A DNA stretch of 64,000 bases from Octopus vulgaris. Its lineage: Eukaryota. The notes beneath the pieces were generated by a model that was not told where the DNA came from, made no database searches, and saw only the letters and a program-made list of their open reading frames with translations. The position numbers were made by a program, and so were the translations under genes. Below are positions 13,265-27,651 of the stretch, piece by piece (position 1 is the first letter of the stretch; each line of letters opens with the position of its first letter). The DNA lies in assembly GCA_951406725.2 (NCBI GenBank), contig OX597825.1, positions 19,220,001 through 19,284,000 of the forward strand, read 5' to 3'.

Positions 13265-13918
13265 CATACCTTCAATGACGGTAGAACAGTTTATCATTAT
13301 ATAATAATAATACATTTGATCAGTCTCAGATATATTCATTGAAGTTCATTGACTTATTTCTTTTTTCTTTCTCCCCCTCTGCTATTATTATCACCTGGTG
13401 GTTTATGGCTACGTGTTATATTTATTTCATAAATTCAAAGATAGGAGACGTGACAGAAGCAAACCAGTCAAAGGATTAGCGATTCGAAACACTGCGACCA
13501 CAGATTTGCCAACAACAAAGTCTGTCCAGCTTCTATTATTAAACAAATGTCCATATTTCTAGATTTCGTATGATAGTAGATAAAATATTAACCACGTTTT
13601 GTGGGCTTTCGCTGACATATAAAACCCTATAGATTTTTATCGTTGTTCTTACAGTTGCTGTTGGTATTATCTATTTACAATCTAGTCTTAGCTGAGCAAA
13701 TTATGTTCAAAAGTGTTACAAATCTGAAATCTTTGTCCTTTCATTTTCCACATACAATGTATCTTGGGATAACGTCATGCACTGTATCGTTCCTTCAATA
13801 AAGTAGGTCGATATTTCATGAAGATGAAGACTTTATATGTAGCAGGTAAGATAAATACATGAAATCATATTGGTTTCACACTCTCCACTCACAAGCAGGT
13901 TTGCTTTATATATATATG

Positions 13919-13950
<32 letters not shown>

Positions 13951-14414
13951 CATGTGTATGTGATATATTTGGTGTGTTGTGGTGTATGTGTGTAACAGTG
14001 GATTCAACTGAAGATGATCAATCGGATTCGTGCCTACAGAAGTGATCCGAAAATTCTGAAACTGCAGTATTAAATTATCCTCCATTCTTCTAACGGTCTC
14101 CGTAGAGGTAAGACAGAACGTTACTATATTCACCGCCCGCAAACATTTCTACCTCTAAACATTCAGTCAAGTTCTATATAGCGCCGATAAATTACCGGCT
14201 GCTATTTCAAGCAATGATCGTACTTCTTGTACATTCGTTTTGTGTGTGTGTATATATATACATATATACACTGTTGAGCACAGTGAAAACGAGTGCTCAA
14301 CAACTCAGTCGTGATATATATTCATTTGGTAACAGAGCTCAATAATTGCTTAGAGATTCCTCCTACATAAAAACATTGGTAGCCTTGGTAACCCACTAAT
14401 AATGTACATAGAGA

Positions 14415-14680
<266 letters not shown>

Positions 14681-15167
14681 GAAATTAAAAAAGGAAAATG
14701 CATACATTTTACATAGTTTTAATATACTTTAGAATATATTTTATATTGCGTTTGTCGACCGGTTTTCCTTTCGCTAATCATGACATTATAATTATTTTAA
14801 TTACGTACGTTCTTATAAAAAAATATATTGTCCATGTTGTGAGTAAAGTTTATGAATGAGTGATTCAAGAAGTAAAAAAATCTATGGTGATCGGTGTTAT
14901 TGTGGACAGAGGAGATACTTGTTCATCTTTCGCTGGGTGGTGGTGGGAATATACATAAAAATTCAAAAGCGAGAGTAGTGGGTAAAAATATGTACAGTGA
15001 TGGGTAAGTAATCGTGAATTAAAATATGTATAGAGATCAAAGATGGTTATGCGTGCATATTTAGATGTGTTCTGCATTTTTCGATGAATAAATTTTCTTT
15101 ATTCAAACGTTCTTGTATAGAAATTGTATCTTTGCACTGGTACAAAGAAAAACAGAAATTTGGTTTG

Positions 15168-15205
<38 letters not shown>

Positions 15206-15832
15206 CACACACACATAATACATATATATATATATATATATATGAAATATAGATTCAGAGAATCGTGTGGTTATCACAATAGACTTAGCTGTCGTTCAAC
15301 TTAGTGATCAGTTATATACTAGAGAAAAATATCTCTAACTGAAAATCCAGATAACCAGAGTGATACATTATTCATTAAGGGTTATACAAAACATGAAATC
15401 ATGAGCTTATTAAGTTAAAATATGTAATAGTCCAGCGCCCATAACAATGAAACAATATTAAATTAACGTTCAATCTAAACATTTGTAAATTTTTGTTGAG
15501 GTCAATGAAATTATGTAGGAGCAAAGTACAGGGGACGATACAATTTATGTACCCATAAATTACTGTTTTTGCGCAAGTTTTAAAAGCAACCATTTATCTT
15601 ATTTACTGTGACGTTTTCCCGGAGTTGTTTGATTGTCAGCAAAAACATTTTTCTATCTTCGTTCCGGCTCATTAGCTTCTGAATTTACATACTAGCGTGT
15701 CCAATACTTTTTTATAGCCTATCATCCTTCAATGGTCGAAGAAAGAAACTACTAATAATTTATTAGAAATGATCTTCAAATTTCTGGCCTTGCACAAATG
15801 CTAGCAAATATAAATTAGTATTAGGTGGCATG

Positions 15833-16012
15833 CAGGCATGGGTGTGTGTTTAAAAAGCTTGCGTTGAAACCACGTGGTTTCGGATTTAGTTCTAATGCGT
15901 GGCCTAGTGTGGGCATGTGTCTTCTACTATAGTGGTGGGCTGAGCAATGCCATGCTAGCGTAGTTGATAGCCCGGAATTGTGTAGGAACCCGTCACATCG
16001 TGTGTTCGTGAG

Positions 16013-16055
<43 letters not shown>

Positions 16056-16209
16056 AATAAATACTATGAAGCATTGTGTAGAATATATTGTATAAAGGAT
16101 CGTGGGTGAGGCCACACCACACACGTTCATACACACGCACACACACACACACATATACGAGCATACATATATATTCTCGCATATATATATACGTGTATCT
16201 ATATATATA

Positions 16210-16259
<50 letters not shown>

Positions 16260-16550
16260 CATATATATATACATATATATATACATATATATTCACGCGT
16301 ATATATATACACGTACATACATACGTATATATAATAGACTTATGTATATATATATATATATATATATACACATAAATGTATGTGGATAAATGTGTGTGCT
16401 GTCGGTAACAGGCCTCGTTTTATTTCCATGCCCGTAACGTAGCGATTCAACTCCAATAAATAGCTAGAAAACATACCAGACATAAAAAATATTTTCTTAC
16501 TGCAATGTCTGAAGATGGCCACCATCCAAAGCATGATGCAAGTAAAATAT
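15833..16550 (+). mobile_element. Old family-B SINE with a greatly expanded internal microsatellite
   Basis: 15833-15993 is a diverged family-B 5' half (…GGGCATGTGTCTTCTACTATAG…). 16395-16550 is a diverged 3' half (…CCCGTAACGTAGCGATTC…AAGATGGCCACC…CAAGTAAAA). About 400 bp of mostly TA/CA repeat lies between them. Confidence 0.6.
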
Positions 16551-16825
16551 AACACACTTGTTGATCGTGAATAAGAGTCCTTTACTTTAACTCACAAATC
16601 TTCTTATCTTCTCCATGTCCTTTATTATTTCTTCCAAACTTTTCGTAAATATATACATTACTGTTTAGTCCTTAAGCCAGATTCTTATCACGTCTATTTC
16701 TTTATCATTATTTCTATGTTTGTATGTATGTATGTGTGTATGTATGTATGTATCTGTCTATCGCTCGATCTATCTATATGCAAGCATACTTAAACATATA
16801 CATATATATGTACATATATATATAC

Positions 16826-16939
16826 TGTTGTGTGAACGCCCCCAGACGATGAAGTAGACTAGCCCAATACGTGGATATAGGGGGAGAAGTCTAGACGTCG
16901 AGGGGTTGAGTAGAGGTCATCCGAACATGCGACATAACA
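16826..16939. mobile_element. Miniature solo-LTR-like insertion (114 bp)
   Basis: Starts TGTTGTGT and ends ACATAACA (TG…CA with short terminal inverted repeats). Flanked by TATAC on both sides (16821-16825, 16940-16944) as a candidate 5-bp TSD. GC-richer than its flanks. Confidence 0.55.
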
Positions 16940-17005
16940 TATACAAATATACATACACACACACGCACACATATATATATATATATACTATAACTACATA
17001 CATAC

Positions 17006-17065
<60 letters not shown>

Positions 17066-17190
17066 CATTCCTTTTCAGAATTACAGCTATTAGTGGTTTC
17101 TAGTTTAACTACTATTTCTAGCGAGTCAGATGTCCTATTATGGCCATATATTATGTGTTTAAATGTACACTGTATTTTTATATGAATTAT

Positions 17191-17257
<67 letters not shown>

Positions 17258-18136
17258 CACACATAAACACATTTATATACACACACATATATATGCATAT
17301 AAATGTACGTGTTTACCTGTATATAATTATGTTTTTGATGTTTTGAGTGACACAGACAGAGAATAAGAGCCAAGTATTACCAATAGATTCTATACTCTCC
17401 CATTGGTTGATAAGTTTCCATTGATTTGTAAAAGTGAGAAATCGTGGTAAATTTTTCACAATAATTATTTCTCATCTTAATCTTCCTTTATCTTTCGCAA
17501 GTATTAAGGGACTCCGTAACTGTATCTCTTAGTATATACTTCACGGAGATAAAGGAATATTTCTACATTTGTATATTTTTATGTGTTTTCTTATTTGACT
17601 TTCTCCTCGTTAAAATTGTCTTATGATTGGAACTTTACGTCTTGAGATGGCTGCCGTCTAGTGACTGGAACACGTCAACGTTGAAAGATATTTAGAAGGG
17701 AGTTAGATGTCCTAGCATCAATTACAGACCGATGACCGTTTAGTAGTTCTGCGACTTCTTTTTTGTTTGCCATCAACGTATTTGACTTTGTTATTTAGAA
17801 TTTAATATCTGAGTCAAATATATATATATTTTTTTAAAATTATGTCTTTGGAAAATATGAAATTATCTCCGTCATGGTTGTTTGTCTATGATACACAGAC
17901 TGGTATCCACTCGAAAGGAATCAGTTTGTTCAAATGTTTGGGGAAATCTAAGTTATATATTTATATATAAATTCTGCAAATATAAACGTACTTGAAAATG
18001 TAAGAGCATCATTGAATATCACACACACAAAAAACTTAATAATAATCACTTCATACACAGATATATACGTTAGCTATGTATACATACACACATATATGTG
18101 TATATATACGTTATGTATGTACACACACACACACAC

Positions 18137-18186
<50 letters not shown>

Positions 18187-18222
18187 ACATGTGTGTGTGT
18201 CGTGTATATGTGTGTGTGTGAA

Positions 18223-18430
18223 GGCACATGGTCAGAGGTTAAAGTGTCGAGTCCACAATCTTGAGGTAGTGAATTTGATTTCCGGATCGGGCAGTGTGCT
18301 GTGTTCTTGAGCAAGACACTTTCCTTGACGTTGTTCCAGTTCACTCAGCTGTAGAAATGAGTTGCGACGTCACTAGTGCCAAGCTGTATTAGCCTTTGCA
18401 TTTCACATCGGTGGCGTGGAGTGGGGAGGA
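18223..18430 (+). mobile_element. tRNA-derived CORE-like SINE, family D
   Basis: Degenerate box A/B head followed by TGTGTTCTTGAGCAAGACACTT (CORE-like) and CCAGTTCACTCAGCTGTAGAAATGAG. A related reverse copy lies at about 34.4-34.54 kb. Confidence 0.7.
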
Positions 18431-18499
18431 TTGCCCAGACTTATTGTCTGAATGGAACTTTGTAGGTGCAATAGTATGTTCATTGATTGGCGGAACGGG

Positions 18500-18550
<51 letters not shown>

Positions 18551-18565
18551 TAGATAGATAGATAT

Positions 18566-18596
<31 letters not shown>

Positions 18597-18610
18597 TATA
18601 TTATTATTTT

Positions 18611-18873
18611 TAAATCTTTCAACTAGAGACATTCAATAACAGTACTCTAGAATAAAGATTAATGCCAACATAATGTGGCAGTCCTGGTTAGGATGAATGT
18701 TACTGATATTTTGCCCCAGGAAATATCGTTAGCAGCTGTCTATAGGACATGTTATTTGTGTCTTCATATTTTCGAACAAGGTAGTTTTATCCTAACCATG
18801 ACTCCCACATTATGTTGGCAAATAAACTTTACTCTAGAGTACTGTTACTGAATGTCTTTCGTTGAGTGATTTA
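18611..18873. repeat. Long inverted repeat (~85 bp arms, ~94 bp spacer), foldback/MITE-like
   Basis: 18611-18694 (TAAATCTTTCAACTAGAGACATTCAATAACAGTACTCTAGAATAAAG…GGTTAGGAT) is the imperfect reverse complement of 18789-18873. Confidence 0.85.
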
Positions 18874-19349
18874 TAAATTTTTCTATTTATTCGATGAGCA
18901 ACTGTGTGTCACTTTGAAAATTATATATTTCGAACAAGAGTTTAGTCGAAATATTGCACAAATTATAGCAACATATACTATTAAAATAATATCGAAATAT
19001 CAGAACAGCGATTACAGTCAGAATAGCATAATAAATTCGATGCATGATAACGTCAAACGGAATAAAGAAAATCAAATAGAAGGGAACGTTAAGAAAATAA
19101 ATGTCGCGGAAAGAAAAACAACCCAATTTGACATAATCGTCAACTCGAATAAAAGTTCAGTTAGAAACAGAACAAAGATTACGTTATCTGAAGGAGTAAA
19201 TAGTAATAGAGAACTTGGTGAAAAGGAAATTTAATTTTACAATCAACGGCATAACTGAAACTAAATCTGATGGAAATATGTTTGTGTGTGTGTCTATGTA
19301 TGTATGCATGTATATGCCTTCATATTATATTTGAATGCAAGTATTTAAA

Positions 19350-19413
<64 letters not shown>

Positions 19414-19435
19414 CTTACATATGCACACACATATG

Positions 19436-20243
19436 CAGGATGTGATGTTAAATTGTCGCCACGTTATATCTTTATTTCTCGCAAGCGCATTGTTTGTTTC
19501 GATTGTGTTGAATGCACAGTATAGTAGAGACTATTGGGCACCGTCTATGATGGAAACAGCACTATTACACAATTCGCTCTGCCAGAATTTTGGAAATGAC
19601 ATGCTATAATGCCGTAAGCTCCAATATGAGCATTTTAGAGTGTTAAGGTGTCGATCTAAGGTAAGTGCAATCTGAGGACATGTACCAAGGGTGATCAAAA
19701 TTAAACATTCTGTCAACATTATAGTGTCAGTAGGGATCTGGTGACGTTATGCCTCCATACAACTTCCCACATGACCTTAGATTCAACACATAGAACGGAG
19801 GAGGTAGTGCTGCCCTGGGTCAAGAGGATGACTGCTGGAAGACCCCATGTCTGGCAACAGGACCCTGCACCATGCCACACAAGCAGGAGAGCCCTGTCAT
19901 TGCTGTCAGACAATTTCTACGATCACATCACTCCTAACATCTGGCCACCTAACTCCCCAGACTGCAACCCACTTGATTATTATGTGTGAGGCACAGTTGT
20001 GCGAGAGACCAACAAAACCTCTTGTAACACCAAAGATGAACTAAAGGCAAGAATTATGACAACATTCACCGACTTAAACAATGAGACAGTCTAGAAGATT
20101 CTGAAGTCGTCTGGAGGCCGTGGTTGAAGCCAATGGCGATTTTATAGAAAACATTTACTCTTATAAGTATATCTGTTAGAATGAAATCTCAGTGTTATTT
20201 TCTTTTTTGCGTAAGTTACACGACAATATATTCACCGCACCCT
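19436..20243 (+). mobile_element. Internally deleted Tc1/mariner DD37D (maT-type) transposon relic
   Basis: ORF 19741-19989 contains WQQDPAPCHT…WPPNSPDCNPLDYYV with exactly 37 residues between the 2nd and 3rd catalytic D. Degenerate TIRs are CAGGATGTGATGTTAAATTGTCG and CGACAATATATTCACCGCACCTC. Confidence 0.85.
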
Positions 20244-23042
20244 CCATACGTTGTTATACCTCAGCGTTTTATGTGTATTTATATGTCTGTCCGTGCGAGT
20301 GTGTATGTTTGTTCGTGTATGTTGGTCTGTATACTTATGTACACGCTCACACAGTAAACACGTGGATGCAGGCTTGAACAAGTCTGTCTAAGTACTTTTT
20401 TTCCCTAAATATTTAAGAAAATAGTTTCATCAGAGTATTTATGAATACATTTACCTTCTTAAAATCTCTAGGTTAAAAGCAAAACGTCTAGTAATGTGTT
20501 CAGATACGTTAAATACGTTATATAATTTTTGTCTTTTATTTTAAGTGATTCTATTATAAATGTCAAAGTAATTGGAACTTAACTGATAGAAGCAAAATAA
20601 AATAAAAAAAGTTCTTGTCAAAATATATAAAGTTATGGATAGAGAGTTTAATCGTATTTTAGTGTGCTTTAGGTGGTTTGTGTGTATGTGTCCCTGTTTG
20701 AGAGCCGCTTGGTCGTTCATATGTATTGCTATGTGTATGTGGAATGTTGGACAGCTACATATTTTGATAGACAGAAACATTTTATATTTTAGAATGTATT
20801 CTATGAATGTATCCCCAGTATATAAATTTATTGAATAATATATGGATGAAATGATTAATTTATAGATGAATGAATAAGCGCGCTTATTGATAAACATTTA
20901 ATCTAAATAAATTGATGTAAATAAATTGATATCTTGATTTTATAAATACTTAATAGTATTTTTTTCTGTGTTGTCAGAGGAGGGGTGTAGTAGAGCTATA
21001 TTAATCTGAACAACAAATTGGTGGTATTCAAAATGAATTTATTTGTTCGTCTGTGGATGTGCGCACGCTTGTATGTCTATAATGAAAATTCAACTACTTA
21101 TTTATGCATGTTTGATTAAATATATGACAGGAAATCTTTATCCAATTTATATCGCTTTTACTTTCCAGCATCACGTCAATCTGGTAATTACTATCGGCGA
21201 ATTCTCCGTCGTTTTCTACGATGAGTATTCAGTAGGTTTATCAATGGAATTTTCCTTTTAAGAATTAGCTTAAATATAGTTGCGTATTCCGCAACCAAGT
21301 GTACAGTTAACGCATATACCTACAAGTGTACATCGCTGAGTGATGTCGTTGAACTTCGATCAATTGAGATTCTGCAAGAAAAGAGTTGAGAAATCTTCCC
21401 CTGAGTTTTATTGAGTCTAAAAATTGACAAAGAGATAAGCATTTTCAATTGATTAAAATTCTACGTTTTTGTGACAATATGGTGGGATTGCAGGGATTTT
21501 TGAATAGCAGATACCATTTGCAAAATAGTAAGAACGGCACACAGTGAGAATGTGAGAAAATCAGAATCGACAGACGAAGAATTGCTTTCGTACTTTAGTT
21601 ATTGTTATTGAGGTTCACGGAATTTGGACTCAGTGTGCAGAATGCCCGAACAAATAACGCCAGGCACTCTATCCGATAATCTAAAGCTTCAGTGATGTTG
21701 TTGAAAATTTCGATTAATTGAGACTAGGCAAGAAAATTGTTGACAAAACTTCTCATGTATCTTTATAAAATCTGAAAATCAACAGGTAACTATTCTCACT
21801 AGAACAAATTCGACAAATTAGTAGATAAGCTTGTAAAATAGTAAGTGGCATATATGTAACGATGTCACTAAGTGTGAAGGAAGACACTTTCCCAAAGTGC
21901 CACGAAGTCGGACATTTTATTTTGAATAATAAATGTATTTTTATGATTGGAGAACTCTATAGATGTTTCAAGCTATCGGTTCATCAGCATGCCGATTGAG
22001 CATGGACCCATGTAATTTTGCAGCACAACTGTTGCATATTTTACATGACTCTAAGAGATACGCGGTCCTTTTGCCGAGTATCCTTTCTCAGGAAACATAA
22101 ACATAAATGCTAATCTTCGCCAGATCCCTGAAATATTCAATCTCCCATTAATTAATAAACAATATTATATCAAATTGGCGATTCAGTCATCGCTATTTCC
22201 GGAAACAGAATGAGGTATGTGCATCATTGAAGTGGTTAGAATAACATTAAAATCCGTACATCGCTTGTATTTATTAGAAAAATATATCGTTTATTTTTAC
22301 TTTTACTTTTGCCTGCACTCACATTACTATTTAAAAATTTAGCGTTCCGTGTATTAAATATTCTATCCGCCACATCTATTATTATTTGTATTTTGAAATA
22401 GGCCTTCAAAGCCCCATCTACTTAACACGATAAACACATGAAAAGAGGATCGGAACTACGTGCAGTGGACATTTAGGGCAAAAATCTGATATAATTGAGA
22501 TAATATAAACTTTTGTTTCATGACAAAATAAACATCAAGCACTAACATCTCACGATAAATCAATGCGTAAATAACATTTTTATGAGGTGTCTTGACAAAA
22601 GCCAACCTCATCCACGCTATAAGTAAACTCTAACCTGTGATATGCTATCTATAGATAGATGTTCCTTGTTTTATGTTATTCTCTAAATACAAAAATATGT
22701 TCAATATCGATTCAATAACCACTGGAACTTACTTTTGTCAGTTGGCATTATATTGATACAGAAAAATATTAGACGAAGGTGAGAAATATATATGTGTATT
22801 GATATGCATTTATAAATATATATAATATGTATGCGTATGTATTCATCTGTATGTATGTATATGCCTGTGTGTGCGTGTATGTGTAAAGCGATTGTGCATG
22901 GAAAAGAAAGGGTAAGAAAGAATGAGCATCTTCTGAAGTTCAAAAGGCAGATCGATTGCTGGTAAGATATGCGAAAATAATATTCAGTTGAATAGATCTT
23001 CGGTGTTGTGCAAAAGATAAAAAGAAAAACAGAATAGACACA

Positions 23043-23078
<36 letters not shown>

Positions 23079-24262
23079 AGAGAGATGGAGAGATAGAGGG
23101 AGGGAGAAATAAATTTAGAAGGCGGAGAGAAAATATGTTTTAACATAAAGTGCCGTAAGGAGCTGTAAAATATGGTTGCATTTAGGATGTTGCGTTCGGG
23201 GATTTTGTTTATGTAAGTTATTTGACTATTGGAAATATTCACTGTGCACTAAACGACCTCGTTGAATTCCTACTTAACTCCAATACGATTCAATAAGATC
23301 TGCTGCTGGCAATAATATTTCCTTATGCAAAATACATTGAATAGTAACTAATACAGTATCTATTCAATGAAATGTCTAAATAACACTTGCAAAGAATTAA
23401 ACTTAAGAATACCATACACATTCACTCCTCTTTTATTTTCTACATAGTAGTAAAATGTGAAATTTATTGCTGGGCGTAAGGGTGGAAGATTATTGAGAAT
23501 TTCCTGGCCTTTTCAAGGACACTAATAAATAAACTGAGTAGATATGGTCAAAAACGAGACTATTTCCTTTTCAGTTTCAACATCGTCAATTTTATGTCAT
23601 TAACCGATCGAAATGTATCGATCGAAACTTATCGAGTGGCTCTCGGGTTCATCCTTCAATAAGAGGTTAGTGGTTCACACATAAGAGCTATTTATACAAT
23701 ACGACTAAATATATGTATATTCAATATAGGAATGTGAACTGATAATTCATCCACATATTGTTGTGATTTAGTAATAAAAAAATGTGTGCCTTTGTATAAA
23801 GACCAGTCACATATCCTTTTATACTGTGATTATACAAAATTGTGCATTGAAACTACTCCGCTATCAACTGATGAGACAATATACACCATTTTAACGAAAT
23901 TTGCCTGCTATATATGGGATGAAGGCCGGCCAAGTAGAAGCGTATATTTTCGCTACTTTCCAAAGTTGTTCTTGTCTGAGGTAACATGAAATTATTTCAG
24001 CAGAGCATGAAGTTTTGAATTATCCCTCTTTTCAACTACTGCATAATCTAAACAATGGTCTGGATATTAGTAGTAAAGTGCAATATTCGGTATGTTAACA
24101 AGAGGTAACTGATGTCTATGATGTGCATTTGTTTCTAATCTATGGTAAATACATACCTATGTTTATGATTGAAGTCTCATAAAACAGCCATTTTTTTGTG
24201 TGAGCGTGTTTGTGTTTGTGTGTGTATGAGAATTTGCGTGTGCGTTCCGTTATCACAACTCT

Positions 24263-24474
24263 TATTATTTCAGTCATTTGAATTTGGTCATTCTGAAGCA
24301 ACGCCTTCAGTCGAACAAATCGACTCCATGACTTATTCTTTATAAGCCAAGTACTTATTTTATCGTTCTCTTTTGCCGAACCACTAAATTACGGGGACGT
24401 AAACACACCAACATTAGTTGTCAATGATGGTGTGGGGACAAAAACAGACACACAAATATATAAATATATGTACA

Positions 24475-24524
<50 letters not shown>

Positions 24525-24683
24525 CAGGCTTCTTTCAGTTTCCGTCTACGAAATCCTCTCAAAAGGTATTAATCGGCCCATTGCTATAGAAGACATACTT
24601 TGCTAAGGTACCACACAGTGGGACTGAATCCGGAACCATGTGGTTGCAATGTAAGCTTCTTACCACACAGCCACGTTTGCGCC
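24263..24683 (-). mobile_element. Family-B CORE-like SINE with internal (TA)n
   Basis: Reverse complement of the family-B consensus seen at 27406-27870. Confidence 0.85.
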
Positions 24684-26809
24684 TAATATGCTCACTTCGC
24701 TTGCTAAATCATTTTTCTGTAGTTATTGCTGCAGTGTGGCGTTCAGAAAATAAAATTATCATAGAAATTTAGTGCTGGAAACCTAAAAAAAAATAGCATT
24801 GATGATAATAATTTGAATGAGAGAAAATCATGTCAATAACGTCGGCTAGCTGTATAGCTATACGGGTAGTTATACAATATCGTAAATTACATGACTGTTT
24901 TCCTCTTCTCCTTTGTAAGGAAAAAAAGAAATTAACTCAAGGTATTGCTTTGAAGATAAGTCAGCGTCGCGTCAAAACGAAATCACGAACAGGTTATAAT
25001 TTTATGGATAAATATTTGACATTGAAGGGAAGTCATTGTAACATGTTATATCTCATTAAATACTTACCCATTTTCTGTCAATATTTCTCTATTTATTATA
25101 TTTACTATCTATTATTTTCACAGCAGTGTACTTCAGATAATCGAAAATAAGGTATAAATAAAAGACAGTACGCACTTATTTCCTTATAATATCATTTAAT
25201 CGGTCTCTGTCAATTCTTGTAAAACAGCTTTAATCAAACCGGACTCTTTAAGTCACATCTGTCACTTTTCGTTAGTAACAGAATATAGAGCTGACATTAT
25301 TAAAGAATTTAGCTGTAAAGAATACGGTCCGTTTTAGTTGTTCGTAACAAAATCGCTGAGATATGAACGCATTTTCCCTCGCACCTAAATTGAACGTCAG
25401 CTTATAGGAAACCTGTCACTTGCAATGTCTCTTGTGACAGGACTTATAATCTCTGTTTAATGTTTTAAGTATTGATTTATCTGTACCAGGGCTTAGTATC
25501 AGTCAGTTCTGCAGAAATGCAGTTTTACTTCTTTTAACAATAGAGTTCAGTTACATTCTCAGATTTATCAGTGTCAGAGCTGGTATCTTTTATACAATGT
25601 CAAGGTAAAATTTTATAATAACGTGCTTTTCAGTATATCATTAATATGTGCATATGAATAGCTTTCATTAATCCTCTGTTTGTGTCGAATAGTTGTACAT
25701 AGATAGAAGTGAGTAGAAAACCTTGGAAAAACGATAAATGTTTTTACGATTATAATTCCTTTGAGAAAATATACATTAATTGAAATGAATTACTAGGATA
25801 TCAGCTATCAATAAACCTTGCCAGTGAATTTCATATTATGCAATATATTAAATAGATAGAATTAGATTAGAAAATATAAAGTTATCAAGAATTTATAGTT
25901 TACACTGATTGAAAAATTTACCACGTCATTTTGTAAAATATTATCGTAATACACGGTGTCATTGAGTATAAATTTTCGTTCCAAATGAAAAACGAAACAG
26001 AATATTTTCATTTATTATTTGGTTTCCATTATTGTTGATGTAATATCATTTGATGAAGCTAATTGTTTTATCCAGGGTAGGTCATTGTGACAATAATGTA
26101 CAGAGGTACAGGTTCTGGTTTCCTCTTTTTATAAGTCAATTTGTTAACTATTTAATATGTTAACTAATTGATTTGCTTAATTGTTGGGCGAATGAAGACG
26201 ACTTGTTAATTGGTTAAATGCCTAAATAGACTAATAGAAATAAAACAAATGAAATGGATCTAAGCACGTGTTCATTATTGCTATAATGACCGTCCCGAGG
26301 TACAAAAATAAAAATGTATTAAATTGTTTTGTATATAGTCTTGTTTTTACAGAATTATTCAATCTTATTACACATCCGAGAAATGCTCTTGAAATAATAT
26401 TACAATTTACTTTACGTAACAAAATAAAATATATAATAAGAAAATGGTAAACCGCAGCAGCTTCGAAGGGATGTCTGGTAAATATGTCAGTGTGAATTGC
26501 CCTTCAGGTTACGTGTAGAATCTATCGATTGAAATAATTTGTTTACATCCCCGAGATACGGAAAAATATATTGCATTTAAATAATACTTTATTTAAGTAG
26601 AATAAGAGAGATCAAAAGCAATTATACGTAAACGACCTCACATGTGGATATATGCATAAAAAATACGTATACTGACTCACACAAACTTATATGCAGACAT
26701 AAATATACACGAATTCCATCACATATAGACTTGAAGAGAGATACGAATGTAGGTACTCTCTCTCTCACACATACACACACACACTCACACGCACATGCGT
26801 CTTATATTT

Positions 26810-26840
<31 letters not shown>

Positions 26841-26985
26841 CACATATATATATATGCACATGCGTCTTAAATTTACACATATATATATATATATATATAT
26901 ATAAATATACATACATATATATATATATATATATACATACCTATATATAAATGAATATATAAATATATATGTGCATACAGATATA

Positions 26986-27032
<47 letters not shown>

Positions 27033-27075
27033 CGGTTGGAATGACAAATAAGAACGTAAAATATATATATATATG

Positions 27076-27121
<46 letters not shown>

Positions 27122-27405
27122 CGGTTGGAATGACAAATAAGAACGTAAATATTGTCTGTTGTATGTTCACAATTTCAGAAACATATAACTAAAAAGGAAC
27201 GTAACAGAAAATAAAATTTTAATCTGAAACACACCTTTTCTTTCTTAAATTCTACAGGAATGACCTTAAAGGCAACCTTATATATCGTCGTATTACTTTT
27301 CTTTCTTCCACTATAAATTTATTCATATCCCTCCAACCCTATGCTGTTTCCTATTTTCCATATTCTCCGCAAAAATTATAATATTTATTCAGAAAATTCA
27401 CGTGA

Positions 27406-27571
27406 GGCGTAAAAGTGGCTGTGTGGTAAGTAGCTTGTTTACCAACCACAATGGTTCCGGGTTCAGTCCCACTGCATGGCACCTTGGGCAAGTGTCTTCT
27501 ACTATAGCCTCGGACCGACCAAAGCCTTGTGAGTGGATTTGGTAGACGGAAACTGAAAGAAGCCCGTCGTA

Positions 27572-27651
<80 letters not shown>

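Noticed and set aside
13999-14113. Possible exon ending at the strong donor GAG|GTAAGA
   Set aside because: All three frames from the upstream AG at 13998 contain stops and no partner exon is evident. A non-coding exon cannot be excluded.
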